The position numbers and the translations under genes are program-made. DNA of 64,000 nt from Alphaproteobacteria bacterium. GTDB lineage: Bacteria; Pseudomonadota; Alphaproteobacteria; UBA828. Location: NCBI GenBank assembly GCA_965220745.1, contig CBDCQT010000013.1, positions 256,001 to 320,000 on the forward strand. The letters are read 5' to 3'. Each line of letters begins with the position of its first letter. Positions within the stretch are counted from its first letter, which is position 1. Positions 40,895 through 50,427 of this stretch are shown here, piece after piece. The notes below the pieces were generated by a model. It saw nothing but the letters and a program-made list of their open reading frames with translations. It was not told the origin of the DNA and ran no database searches.

Positions 40895-42010
40895 TCAGAC
40901 GAAGATGTCGTCCGGCAGGATCGCGGAGACCACGGTGTTGGGCACGGCGGCAATGCCGTCCACGGTCACGTCGACGCCCACGCTCGCGATCACGTAGGCC
41001 TGCATCCGCGTGAAGCCGCGCTCGTGCACCAGGTGGTCGATCACGTTGAGCAGCGCGTTCTTCGTCGCGAGATTGATGTCCTCGGCGCGGTTCGTGCCGT
41101 CGTCCTCGATGCAGAGCCCGGTGGTGGCGTAGTAGCCGCCGCGCTCCAGCGCGTGCCCTACCGGTGCGGTATCCTTGCGCGAATAGTGGATGTCTCGGAT
41201 GCCGCGCTCGGCGGCGAGGCCCTTGCGCAGATCGAAGCGCACGCGCAGCGTCGGGTCGGTCTCGATGGCCGTGCCGCAGCACTCGCTGCTGCCCTGGGCG
41301 AAGTGGCCGTCGCCCGCCGAGAACAGCGCACCTTCGGTGTAGACCGGGAAGTAGACCGTGGTTCCGGCGGTCATCTGCTTGGTGTCGAAATTGCCACCAT
41401 GCTCGCGGGGCGGCATGGTGCGCAGAGCCTCGCCGTCGATGATGGGGTTGCGTGTGATCGCGCCCTCGGCCGAGGGCGGCAGTGCCATACCGCCGGCGGC
41501 GAGAAGGTCGTTCTCCCGCGCCGCGATGCGCGCCAGCAGCTCGTGCGAGGGGGCGACCCCCATCGCCCCCATGAACGGTGCGCCGGGGATTCGCACGCCC
41601 GGTATCTCCTCGCAGACGGCGCCGTCTGCGGTCTGCTCCCACTTGGCGAGGAAGGGCTCGGTGAAGACATCGCGCAGGTAGCCGAAGCCCGGAATCGCAA
41701 GAGTGAAGCCGAAGTCGTCGGGGTTCACGTCCAGGATTTCGACGACCAGCAGATCGCCCGGCTCCGCGTCCTTGACGTAGATCGGGCCGGTCAGCGGATG
41801 CACCAGGTTGAGGTCCAGCCGCAGGAGATCGTCCAGGGTCGAGTCACGCGAAATCTGCTGGTCGCCGCCGTCCCGCGTCTCCATGAGCACCTCGTCGCCC
41901 GGCTCGATGGTGAGGATGGGCGGGATGTCGGGATGCCAGCGGTTGTGGCCGGTCCCCGGCTCGTCGGAGAGCGTCTTGGACTGGTCGATACGAATCTCGT
42001 GTGCGGCCAT
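40895..42010 (-). CDS. Acetamidase/formamidase family protein
   Basis: HNRWHPDIPP, HPLTGPI, GGNFD, GDGHFAQGSSE. Confidence 0.92.
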   Translation of the reverse strand: MAAHEIRIDQSKTLSDEPGTGHNRWHPDIPPILTIEPGDEVLMETRDGGDQQISRDSTLDDLLRLDLNLVHPLTGPIYVKDAEPGDLLVVEILDVNPDDFGFTLAIPGFGYLRDVFTEPFLAKWEQTADGAVCEEIPGVRIPGAPFMGAMGVAPSHELLARIAARENDLLAAGGMALPPSAEGAITRNPIIDGEALRTMPPREHGGNFDTKQMTAGTTVYFPVYTEGALFSAGDGHFAQGSSECCGTAIETDPTLRVRFDLRKGLAAERGIRDIHYSRKDTAPVGHALERGGYYATTGLCIEDDGTNRAEDINLATKNALLNVIDHLVHERGFTRMQAYVIASVGVDVTVDGIAAVPNTVVSAILPDDIFV

Positions 42011-42319
42011 CTCAGGTCTCCTCGCGGGAATTCTGGGATGCTCGACGATCGGGAGCGCTCCGATCTTACACGGCTGTCGAGGAGCGCGGGAGCCGGTGCC
42101 CCCGGCTCGGGACTGCTAAGTGCATAGGCGCGCGATGCAGGCTGCAACCGTGGTGAGCAATGCGATATGGCGCCACGTCGGGCGCGGTTGTCCCCGTTGC
42201 TCGTTTTGGCGAGACTTCATTGGAGAGTGCTGCCCTGGCAGGCGCACGCGATCGGCGAGACCGGGCGGATGAATGGGAATGAACATGGCGCCGGAATCCA
42301 GCCACCCCATGCTCGTGTC

Positions 42320-42961
42320 ATGAGACGCTGCCTTCTCCCTCTTCTGGCAATGGTTCTGTTCACGCTGCCGGCGCACGCCGAGCCGCTGGTTCTCGAATGG
42401 CCCTCGCGCGGTGACAGCGGGGACTGGGAGATCGAGGAGTTCGAGGGCGAGACCCGCTATCAAGTGGTCAAGATCGACGGGCGGCGCGTGCTGGAGGCCG
42501 ACAGCTCTGCTACGGCGTCGAGCCTCTATCTCGAGCGGGAGATCGATATCGCGGCGACGCCGATCCTCGAATGGAGCTGGCGGATCGAGAGGCCGCTCGC
42601 GGTGGACGACGAGCGGATCAAGGACGGCGACGACTACGCCGCCCGGGTCTACGTAGTGGCGCCCGGAGAGGGATTGTTCGGGCTGCCCCGAGCGATCAAC
42701 TATGTGTGGGCCAACCGCGCGGAGGTAGGCGAAAGCTGGCCCAATCCGTTCACCTCCAAAGTGATGATGGTTGCGATGGATACCGGGGTTGCCGAGGCAG
42801 GCACCTGGCGGACCCACCGGCGGGACGTCCGTGCCGACTTCCTCCGCCTGTTTGACATGGAGGTCGACGAGCTCGAAGGCATCGCGGTCATGACCGACTC
42901 CGATAACTGCGGGCAGAGCGCCCGCGCCTGGTACGGAGAGTTGGCGTTCCACCCCGAGTAG
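42320..42961 (+). CDS. DUF3047 family exported protein
   Basis: Signal peptide AHA-E; TPILEWSWRI, GDDYAARVYV, INYVW, AVMTDSDN. Confidence 0.85.
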   Translation: MRRCLLPLLAMVLFTLPAHAEPLVLEWPSRGDSGDWEIEEFEGETRYQVVKIDGRRVLEADSSATASSLYLEREIDIAATPILEWSWRIERPLAVDDERIKDGDDYAARVYVVAPGEGLFGLPRAINYVWANRAEVGESWPNPFTSKVMMVAMDTGVAEAGTWRTHRRDVRADFLRLFDMEVDELEGIAVMTDSDNCGQSARAWYGELAFHPE

Positions 42962-43025
42962 CGGAGGCCGCCTTGATCGGGGCGGGGGGCTGTGGTTGTT
43001 TGGCCCGAGCCACCTGCGAGTTCCC

Positions 43026-43910
43026 ATGAATCTGCACCGCACCTATCTGTTCGCTCCCGGCAATCACCCGCGCAAGGTCGCCAAAGTCTTTGGCGCCGGC
43101 GCCGATGCGGTGGTGCTCGATCTCGAAGATGCGGTGGCCGCGGCGGAGAAGGAGGCCACGCGGGCGGTCGTGGTCGAGGCGCTGCAGGCGCCGCGCCCCT
43201 GCCTCGGCTATGTGCGGGTGAACGGGCTCGATACCGACTATTGCTACGGCGACCTCCAGGCCGTCGTCGCGGCGGGCGTGGACGGTATCCTGCTGCCCAA
43301 GGTCGAGGCGCCTGGCCAGCTGGAGACGGCGGACTGGCTGCTCGGCCAGCTGGAGCGCGAGCGGGGGCTGGAGCAGGGCGCGATCGACCTGTTGCCGATC
43401 ATCGAGACCGGCCAAGGTGTTGCCGCCGCCCAGGCAATTGCCGGCGCGGAGACGCGGGTGCGCCGGCTCTCCTTCGGTGCCGGCGACTACACCCGCGACA
43501 TGGGCATGGTCTGGACCGGGGCGGAGGCCGAGCTTGCGCACGCACGCGCGTGCATCGTGCTCGCCTCCCGCGTCGGCGGGCTGGAGGCGCCCATCGATAC
43601 GGTCTTCATCGACTTGGCCGACGACGAAAACCTGGAGCGCTCGGCCGAGACCGCGCTCAGCTTCGGCTTCCAGGGCAAGCTCTGCATCCACCCCAAGCAG
43701 GTGGAGCCGGTCAACCGCGTGTTCACGCCGAGTGCCGACGCCGTGGCCCAGGCGGAGAAGCATGTTGCCGCCTTCAAGGAGGCGGAGGCGGCGGGCTCCG
43801 CCTCGATTCAGGTGGACGGCTACTTCATCGATTACCCGATCTACGAGAAGGCCGAGCGGGTGCTGCGGATCGCCGAAGCGATCCGGCAGAGGGACTCGCA
43901 GGCCGGCTGA
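43026..43910 (+). CDS. CitE / malyl-CoA lyase-like (HpcH/HpaI family) CoA-ester lyase
   Basis: LFAPG, LDLEDAVA, YVRVN, LPKVE, IIET, FGAGDY, GKLCIHPKQV. Confidence 0.92.
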   Translation: MNLHRTYLFAPGNHPRKVAKVFGAGADAVVLDLEDAVAAAEKEATRAVVVEALQAPRPCLGYVRVNGLDTDYCYGDLQAVVAAGVDGILLPKVEAPGQLETADWLLGQLERERGLEQGAIDLLPIIETGQGVAAAQAIAGAETRVRRLSFGAGDYTRDMGMVWTGAEAELAHARACIVLASRVGGLEAPIDTVFIDLADDENLERSAETALSFGFQGKLCIHPKQVEPVNRVFTPSADAVAQAEKHVAAFKEAEAAGSASIQVDGYFIDYPIYEKAERVLRIAEAIRQRDSQAG

Positions 43911-43924
43911 ACGGGAGACGCGGG

Positions 43925-45472
43925 ATGTTGATGTCCGGCGAGGAATACCGGGAGTCGCTCAGGCGACTCACGCCCAGGGTCTATGTCGATGGCGATGAGG
44001 TCGCCTCCGTCGCCGACGAGCCGCGCTTCGGGCCGGGAGTCGCAGCGCTTGGACTGGTGTACGATTTCGCGCGCGACGAGCAGCACAAGCACACGATGGT
44101 GGCGGTGGAGGAGAGCACCGGCGCCGAGGTCCACCGCTTCCTCCACATCAACCGCTCGACCACCGACCAGCTCCACAAGTTGGAGGCGGTGCGCCTCGTC
44201 TGCCAATACACCGGCTGTGCCCAGCGCTATCTGACCCAGGACGGCCTCAACGCCATTCACCAGACGACGTGGCGCATCGACCAGGAGAATGGCGGCGCGC
44301 TCCACGAGCGCTTCCTCGCTTACCTCCATCGGGTGCAGGCGGAGGACCTCACCCTCGGCGTCGCCATGACCGATGGCAAGGGCGACCGCTCGCGCCGCCC
44401 CCATGCCCAAGCCGTGCGCGACTCATACGTCCACATCACACGGCGGCGGCCGGATGGCATCGTGATCCGGGGGGCCAAGGCGATCGTCACCGCGGCGCCC
44501 TACGTCCACGAGTATCTGGTCATGCCCTGCCGCAATATGACCGAGGACGACAAGGATTTCGCGCTCTGCTGCGCGGTGCCGGTGGATGCGGACGGCGTCA
44601 CCATCGTCGCGCGGCCGGCGGGCCGGCCGGGAGAGAAGGCCGCCACGTTCAGCGCCCGCTACGGTCAGTCGACCGGCGTGGTGATCTTCGACGACGTGTT
44701 CGTGCCTTGGGAGCGCGTGTTCCTGGCCGGCGAGTGGGAGCATTCGCAGTATCTGACCCAGGCCTACGCGACCCATCACCGGCATTCCTGCATCGGCGCG
44801 CGCGCGGGTTTTGGGGACCTGCTAATCGGCGCCGGCGTGCTGATGGCCGAGGCCAACGGGCTCGAAGTCGAGCGCACCTCGCACCTGCGGGACCGCATGG
44901 TGGAGCTGATCAAGATCGTCGAGGGCTTCTATGCCTGTGGCGTGGCAAGCTCGGTGTACGCGACGGCAGATGGCTCCGGCTGCGTCGAGCCCGACCGCGT
45001 GTTCGCCAACATTGGCAAGCTGCTGCTGTCCACGCAGATCTACGACATGCACCGCATCGCGCACGAGGTCTCGGGCGGGCTGGTGGTGGCCCTGCCAGGG
45101 CCGGACGAGGACCACAACCCGGCGACCGCAGGAACGCTTGCCGAGATGCTGAAGGGGCGGGAAGACCTGCCCTACGGCGAGCGCATGGAGGTCGCGCGCC
45201 TGATCGAGGACCTGACCGCCTCCGGCACCGCCGGCTGGTACTCGGTCATCAGCCTGCACGGCGGCGGCTCGCCGCAGGCGACGGGACTCGAAATCTTCCG
45301 CAGCTATCCGGTCGAAGACAAGGTGGCGCTGGTCGAGAAGCTGCTCGACCGAGGCGTGCTCGCCGACGAGAGCGGGGCCGAGAGTCGCGACCGCCAGCCG
45401 GGGCGGTGCTGCCCCATCGGCTGCAAGGAGCCGTCGGAGGCACCGGCCCTGCCGAAACGAGCACACAATTGA
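43925..45472 (+). CDS. 4-hydroxybutyryl-CoA dehydratase / HpaB family flavoprotein with divergent active site
   Basis: MLMSGEEYRESLR, AMTDGKGDRS, DGIVIRGAKA, FDDVFVPWERVF, SLHGGGSPQA. Confidence 0.88.
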   Translation: MLMSGEEYRESLRRLTPRVYVDGDEVASVADEPRFGPGVAALGLVYDFARDEQHKHTMVAVEESTGAEVHRFLHINRSTTDQLHKLEAVRLVCQYTGCAQRYLTQDGLNAIHQTTWRIDQENGGALHERFLAYLHRVQAEDLTLGVAMTDGKGDRSRRPHAQAVRDSYVHITRRRPDGIVIRGAKAIVTAAPYVHEYLVMPCRNMTEDDKDFALCCAVPVDADGVTIVARPAGRPGEKAATFSARYGQSTGVVIFDDVFVPWERVFLAGEWEHSQYLTQAYATHHRHSCIGARAGFGDLLIGAGVLMAEANGLEVERTSHLRDRMVELIKIVEGFYACGVASSVYATADGSGCVEPDRVFANIGKLLLSTQIYDMHRIAHEVSGGLVVALPGPDEDHNPATAGTLAEMLKGREDLPYGERMEVARLIEDLTASGTAGWYSVISLHGGGSPQATGLEIFRSYPVEDKVALVEKLLDRGVLADESGAESRDRQPGRCCPIGCKEPSEAPALPKRAHN

Positions 45473-45507
45473 ACACATGACCTGAACAGCCAAAGGAAAA
45501 ACAGACC

Positions 45508-45996
45508 ATGTCCGTCGAACAACGCCTTCAGCGCCTGGAAGATATCGAGGCAATCAAGCAGCTCATCGCCCGCTACATGACGGCGGCGGATAAGAATGGC
45601 GATCCGGAGTTGATGGAGCCCTGCTTCACCGAGGATGCGGTCTGGAACGCCGAAGGGATCGGGCGTTGGGAAGGCCGGGACAATATCGTCCAGGGTCTGC
45701 ACGAGACTTCCACCAAGGTGCTCTCGTGGGCGCTGCACTATGCGACCCAGCCGATCATCGAGGTTGCGGACGACGGCCAGAGCGCTACCGGCGAGTATTA
45801 CCTGTGGGAGCTCGCCAAGGCGGTGCAGGAGGACGGCAGCCCGGACCAGGACACTTGGATCGGCGGCTGGTACGAGTCCAAGTTCCGCAAGGAGGGCGGC
45901 GACTGGAAGTTCAGCCACATCGAACTGATTCTCAAGCTGCTGAGCCCCGCCAACGCGCCCTCATGGGAGACGCCGATCCCGCCCTGGACGGGCTGA
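45508..45996 (+). CDS. SnoaL-like NTF2-fold protein (LinA/BaiE-like)
   Basis: RLEDIEAIKQLIARY...D, FTEDAVW, ALHY, GGWY...WKF. Confidence 0.88.
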   Translation: MSVEQRLQRLEDIEAIKQLIARYMTAADKNGDPELMEPCFTEDAVWNAEGIGRWEGRDNIVQGLHETSTKVLSWALHYATQPIIEVADDGQSATGEYYLWELAKAVQEDGSPDQDTWIGGWYESKFRKEGGDWKFSHIELILKLLSPANAPSWETPIPPWTG

Positions 45997-46015
45997 CCGC
46001 GCAAGGGAGACGCCC

Positions 46016-46507
46016 GTGGGAATCGAAGAGCGGCTGCAGCGCCTCGAGGATATCGAGGCGATCAACCAGCTGATCGCGCGCTACGCGCAGGCGGTGGATC
46101 ACAACGGCGACCCGGCGCTGGTCGAGCCGCTGTTCACCGAGGATGCGGTATGGCATTGCGAGGGCATCGGCCATTGGGAGACGCGCGCGGGCATCCTGCG
46201 CGACATTCGCCCCAACTGCACCACCTTCATGCCCTGGGCCATGCATTACATGACCCAGCCGGTCGTCGATGTGGCGGCGGATGGCCTGAGTGCCACCTCC
46301 AACCACTATCTGTGGGAGCTCGCCAAGGTGACGACGGAGGAGGGCGGCGCGACGCGGGATACCTGGATCGGCGGCTGGTACGATTCTCGGTTGCGCAAGG
46401 AGGATGGCGCCTGGAAGTTCGCCCGTATCGACCTCACGCTCAAGCTCTTCAGCCCGGCCGATGGCCGCGCCTGGGAGACCCGGATCGCGCCCTGGACTCC
46501 TGATTAG
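46016..46507 (+). CDS. SnoaL-like NTF2-fold protein, tandem paralogue
   Basis: Same blocks as the previous gene (RLQRLEDIEAI, FTEDAVW, YLWELAK, DTWIGGWY). Confidence 0.88.
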   Translation: MGIEERLQRLEDIEAINQLIARYAQAVDHNGDPALVEPLFTEDAVWHCEGIGHWETRAGILRDIRPNCTTFMPWAMHYMTQPVVDVAADGLSATSNHYLWELAKVTTEEGGATRDTWIGGWYDSRLRKEDGAWKFARIDLTLKLFSPADGRAWETRIAPWTPD

Positions 46508-46579
46508 GGCGTTTCCCGACCTGATGGAGTCGTACTCAGTCGTTGTACGTTCGCTTGTCCGCATACCGTGTGGTCCAAG

Positions 46580-46692
46580 CCCCCCACCTCACCCCGGCCC
46601 TCTCCGCCCCCAGGGGCGGAGAGGGAGAGCAGGCGGCGCCTTCTACGTTCCCCCTCCGCCCTTCGGGGGGAGGGGGACAGGGGGAAGTGGGG
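46580..46692. repeat. REP-like double-hairpin element, copy 1
   Basis: CCTCACCCCGGCCCTCTCC...GGAGAGGGAG and ...GGGGAGGGGGACAGGGGGA shared with 60301-60412; between convergent genes. Confidence 0.8.
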
Positions 46693-46778
46693 CCGTGCGG
46701 GCCACCGTAACTCGCTAAGCTCGGATAGTGTTTGGGCTGGCGGCTTCTGGTGGGGCCGCCGGCGTCGAACCTCGGGTG

Positions 46779-47543
46779 TTACTTGGGCGCCATCCGGAGC
46801 GCGCCGTCGAAGCGGATCACCGAGCCGTTCATGAAGGTGTTCTCGGCGATGTGCACGGCGAGCGCGCCGTACTCGTCGGCGGTGCCGAGGCGCTTCGGGT
46901 AGACCGTCGTCTCCAGCAGGGACTGCTTCACCGGCTCGGAGAGGCCGGCCATCATCGGCGTGTCCATCAGCCCCGGCGCGATGCAGTTCACGCGGATGCC
47001 GTCGCGGGCGAGCTCGCGCGCCATCGGAATGGTCATCGCGGCGACCCCGCCCTTCGACGCCGCGTAGTCGAGCTGGCCGATCTGCCCCTCGAAGGCCGCG
47101 ACCGAGGCGGTGGTGACGATGCAGCCGCGCTCGTTGTCCTCCATCGGCTCCATCGCGGCCATGTCGGCGGCGGCCAGGCGGCACGAGTTGATCGTGCCGA
47201 TCAGGTTGACGTGGACCGCGCGGGTGAGCTTTTCCAGCGGGCTCGCGTTGCCGTCCCGGCCCACCAGCTTGGCGCCCGGCGCAATGCCGGCACAGGCGAC
47301 CATGATGCGCGCGGGTCCAAGCGCGTCCCGCACCTGGACGACGGCGGCCTCGTGGCTCGCCGCATCGACCACGTCGCAGACGGCTGCCGCGCCGCCGATC
47401 TCGGCTGCGACCTTCTGCGCCAGCTCCTCGTTCATGTCGAGGATGCCGACCTTGGCGCCAGCGGCGGCGAGCTGCCGCGCCGTCGCTTCGCCCAGTCCCG
47501 ACGCGCCGCCGGTAACGATCGCCGTTTGCCCGCTGATGTTCAT
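46779..47543 (-). CDS. SDR, HSD10/FadB2x-like 3-hydroxyacyl-CoA dehydrogenase
   Basis: VTGGASGLG, TASVAAFEGQIGQLDYAASKGG, DGALRM. Confidence 0.93.
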   Translation of the reverse strand: MNISGQTAIVTGGASGLGEATARQLAAAGAKVGILDMNEELAQKVAAEIGGAAAVCDVVDAASHEAAVVQVRDALGPARIMVACAGIAPGAKLVGRDGNASPLEKLTRAVHVNLIGTINSCRLAAADMAAMEPMEDNERGCIVTTASVAAFEGQIGQLDYAASKGGVAAMTIPMARELARDGIRVNCIAPGLMDTPMMAGLSEPVKQSLLETTVYPKRLGTADEYGALAVHIAENTFMNGSVIRFDGALRMAPK

Positions 47544-47620
47544 GTCCAACTCCCTTCGAATTCCGGGCGTCTACATAGCAAACCGCCGGTGCGCGCAAAA
47601 GACGCGGGGCAAGCGGCAGG

Positions 47621-48538
47621 CTACGGGCCGATGGCGGTGGGGCGGCGGCCGGCGAGGAGCGCTTCACGGCGGGCGATGTAGACAGCGCTCGCTACGATGA
47701 AGACCGCGCCGACCCAGGTCCAGATTCCCGGAAACTCGCCGAACGCGAACCAGCCGATCGCGACCGCGAAGGGGAGGCGGGTGAAGTCCAGCGGCACGAT
47801 GGCCGTCGCTTCCATGATCGAGAGCGCGCGCGCCATCGAGAAGTGCGCGATCGTGAGCACGCAGCCGATGCCGAGCAGCCAGCCCAGCTGCTCCATGGTT
47901 GGCATCTGCCACCACCAGAGAGCGGGGCCGAGCGAGATCGGGGTCATGATCAGGTTCATGTAGAAGACGATGGCCAGGGGCGATTCCGAGCGAGCGAGCA
48001 GGCGCACCAGCGCCATCGAGGTGGCGAACATCAGCGCCGCGAAGATCGCGAGCAGGCCGCCGACCGACATGGTCTCCGCGCCCGGTTGCAGGACGATCAA
48101 GACGCCGGCGAAGCCCACCACGGTGGCGACCCAGCGGCGCGGGCCCACGCGCTCGCCCAGCATCAGGATGGCGACCGGGATCATCCAGAGAGAGACCGTG
48201 AAGTTCAGCGTGATGGCTTCCGCGAGCGGTGTGATCTGCAGCGCCGAATACCAGGCCCACATGGCGCAGACGCCGATCACGGCGCGAATGGCGAAGAGGC
48301 AGAAGCGGCCCGGCTCGAACGAGCCGAAGCCGATGCGAAACATGAAGGGCACCAGGATCAGGGTGCCGATGCCGTTGCGGATGAAGGCGATCTGAAACAC
48401 CGAGATTTCCGCCGAAATGTGGCGGATCGCCGCCGACATGCCGGCGAAGCAGGCGCAGGTAAAGACCATCAGGAGCACGCCTTCCCAGGTGCGCCCGATG
48501 GCGCGGCCGCCCGCCCGTTCCGTCGACTGCGTGCTCAT
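47621..48538 (-). CDS. DMT/EamA family transporter
   Basis: About 10 hydrophobic segments; LGERVGPRRW, FGEFP. Confidence 0.9.
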   Translation of the reverse strand: MSTQSTERAGGRAIGRTWEGVLLMVFTCACFAGMSAAIRHISAEISVFQIAFIRNGIGTLILVPFMFRIGFGSFEPGRFCLFAIRAVIGVCAMWAWYSALQITPLAEAITLNFTVSLWMIPVAILMLGERVGPRRWVATVVGFAGVLIVLQPGAETMSVGGLLAIFAALMFATSMALVRLLARSESPLAIVFYMNLIMTPISLGPALWWWQMPTMEQLGWLLGIGCVLTIAHFSMARALSIMEATAIVPLDFTRLPFAVAIGWFAFGEFPGIWTWVGAVFIVASAVYIARREALLAGRRPTAIGP

Positions 48539-48698
48539 GGCGGGCGGCCTGCTCCCTTGCGCCGCTCGCCTGGCGTCCCTCCGTTGCGAGAATGTCAGTG
48601 GTTACAGGCGGCGGATTCGTTCGCTCACGCCACCATGCCACATCGGCCCGCCGGTCGCAGCGGGGGCAGCAGGCGGGAGCGCCCGCCTGCAAGCCGGT

Positions 48699-49412
48699 TC
48701 AGTACTTGTGGCAGCCGAGGCAGGTGAGCTGAGCGCGCTCCTCCGGCTGGTCGAGCTGGCGCTGCGCCATGAGCGCGTAGGGAGTCTCCGGCAGCTCGGT
48801 GATGATTCGGTTGAGATAGATTTGCGCCTCGTCGCGTCTCTCCAACAGCCACAGGGCCTCGGCGAGCGCGCCCAGCAACTCGCCCTGGCCGTGCAGCGAG
48901 AGAGAATCGAAATAGGGTTCTTGCAGCTCGAGAGCCTTGGTGTAGTCGCCGACCACCGTCTCCAGGAGCCCGATACGGGTCGGGGCGTGCGTGATATACG
49001 GAGCGACAGAGAGGTAAACTGCCGCTCGCGGGATCAGCGTCTGCAGGCTGTCGGGAGCGAGCGCCACGGCGCGGTCGAATTGGGCGACGCTCTTGTTGTA
49101 GAGCGCCATGCCCGCATCCCGATCGCCCTGGGCAAAGGCGAAGCTTGACTCATAGAACCAGCCCGACGCCTGCCAGACCAGGGCGCCCGGATGGTCCGGG
49201 TCGTCTGCGAGCGTCTCTTCGCACATCGCCATGCCGCGCTGCAGCGCGTCTTGGTTTCCGGCGAAGCCGGCGAAGAAGAGCTCCCGGACCTTCTCGTCGA
49301 AGCGCTCCGGCTCTTGCGCTGCGACCGGGAGGGTGAGCACGAGCGCCGCCAGTAGAGCGATGAGGCCGAGGACGAGGCTGCCCCGGCGCCCACGGTTCGC
49401 CATGATGTGCAT
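48699..49412 (-). CDS. Exported helical-repeat (TPR-like) protein with C-terminal CxxCH
   Basis: Signal peptide ending VAA-Q; helical repeats; ends CLGCHKY. Confidence 0.7.
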   Translation of the reverse strand: MHIMANRGRRGSLVLGLIALLAALVLTLPVAAQEPERFDEKVRELFFAGFAGNQDALQRGMAMCEETLADDPDHPGALVWQASGWFYESSFAFAQGDRDAGMALYNKSVAQFDRAVALAPDSLQTLIPRAAVYLSVAPYITHAPTRIGLLETVVGDYTKALELQEPYFDSLSLHGQGELLGALAEALWLLERRDEAQIYLNRIITELPETPYALMAQRQLDQPEERAQLTCLGCHKY

Positions 49413-49430
49413 GTCGTCTCTCCCCTTCGT

Positions 49431-49736
49431 TTATACGCCGGCGCCTTCGCTCTCCAGAATCTCACGCAGATAGGTGACATGGTTCTGGAAGGCGCGCCGT
49501 CCCGGCGCGGTGATGCGGACGCGGGTTCGCGGCCGCTTGCCCGCAAAATCCTTCACGACGGTCACGTATCCGGTCTTCTCCAGCGTGGTGAGGTGCGACC
49601 CGAGGTTGCCGTCGGTGGCGCCGGTAATCGCCTTGAGCCGGACGAACTCCAGCATCTCGCGGCGCGGCAGGGCGTTCAGCGCCGACATGATCTTGAGCCG
49701 CGTCGACTGGTGGACGATCTCATCGGGGGCGCTCAT
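49431..49736 (-). CDS. Winged-helix transcriptional regulator (HTH_34 type)
   Basis: IVHQSTRLKIMSAL, TDGNLGSHL..LE..GYV, RPRT. Confidence 0.88.
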   Translation of the reverse strand: MSAPDEIVHQSTRLKIMSALNALPRREMLEFVRLKAITGATDGNLGSHLTTLEKTGYVTVVKDFAGKRPRTRVRITAPGRRAFQNHVTYLREILESEGAGV

Positions 49737-50299
49737 CAGGCCCGCCGCATCCAGACGCCGCCGAGGACGAGGGCGCCGCCACCCGCAAGCGGAACGATCA
49801 AGTGCAGGTGCGCCGGCGCCAGGACGAACACTCCAACCGCGAGACCGCCCAGAGCCACGCCTACGACTGCATAGCGGAGACCTATCCAGCACCCCGCGAT
49901 GGCGTAGCCCGCCGCGACCAGCAGGGTGAAAAACATCAACACTCTGCCACCCGAGGTCGGCGCGAAGATCATCAGAGTGAGCCCGATGAATGCCGCGAGC
50001 ACGGCGGCCGACCCCACGTAACGGAGGAGGCGCACGCGATCGCCCGGCTCGCCGCAGCGCCGCGCGTGACGGACGATCAGGAGGGCGGTGCCGAGGAAAC
50101 CCGCGATATCGACCGCGCCCCAGACGATGCCCGGATTCGCGGTTGAGAGGGCATTGACGGCGCCGGCGACGATCCATAGCGCGCCCCACAGCAGCAGGTA
50201 GGGGCTCGCCACGCCGTACCCGAAGAGCGTCCGGCTGCGGCGTTCCGTGGTCTCGATGTCGTGCAGTGCCGACTGGGCGTCGTCCTTGCTCACGCTCAT
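49736..50299 (-). CDS. Hypothetical integral membrane protein
   Basis: About 6 TM segments (LLLWGALW...GGVWMR); stop overlaps the regulator start. Confidence 0.75.
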   Translation of the reverse strand: MSVSKDDAQSALHDIETTERRSRTLFGYGVASPYLLLWGALWIVAGAVNALSTANPGIVWGAVDIAGFLGTALLIVRHARRCGEPGDRVRLLRYVGSAAVLAAFIGLTLMIFAPTSGGRVLMFFTLLVAAGYAIAGCWIGLRYAVVGVALGGLAVGVFVLAPAHLHLIVPLAGGGALVLGGVWMRRA

Positions 50300-50351
50300 G
50301 GCTCGCTCCACGCCTTCGGACCAGTGACGACGGGCAGTATACGCGAATTTG

Positions 50352-50366
50352 CTCTGCAATGCAGAG
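50352..50366. promoter_or_regulatory. Palindromic operator candidate for the HTH_34 operon
   Basis: CTCTGCA-A-TGCAGAG, about 55 nt upstream of the membrane gene. Confidence 0.55.
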
Positions 50367-50386
50367 TAATCTGTATGCCAAAACGT

Positions 50387-50415
50387 CTTGATTCAGGCCA
50401 ACGCGCTCCCCACAT
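50387..50415 (+). promoter_or_regulatory. RpoH-like promoter
   Basis: CTTGAT...CCCCACAT upstream of hsp20. Confidence 0.55.
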
Positions 50416-50427
50416 TCAGGATTGAGA

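Noticed and set aside
42992-45472. 826-aa ORF as a CitE-dehydratase fusion
   Set aside because: The N-terminal third is an alternate frame over citE; the real start is ATG 43925
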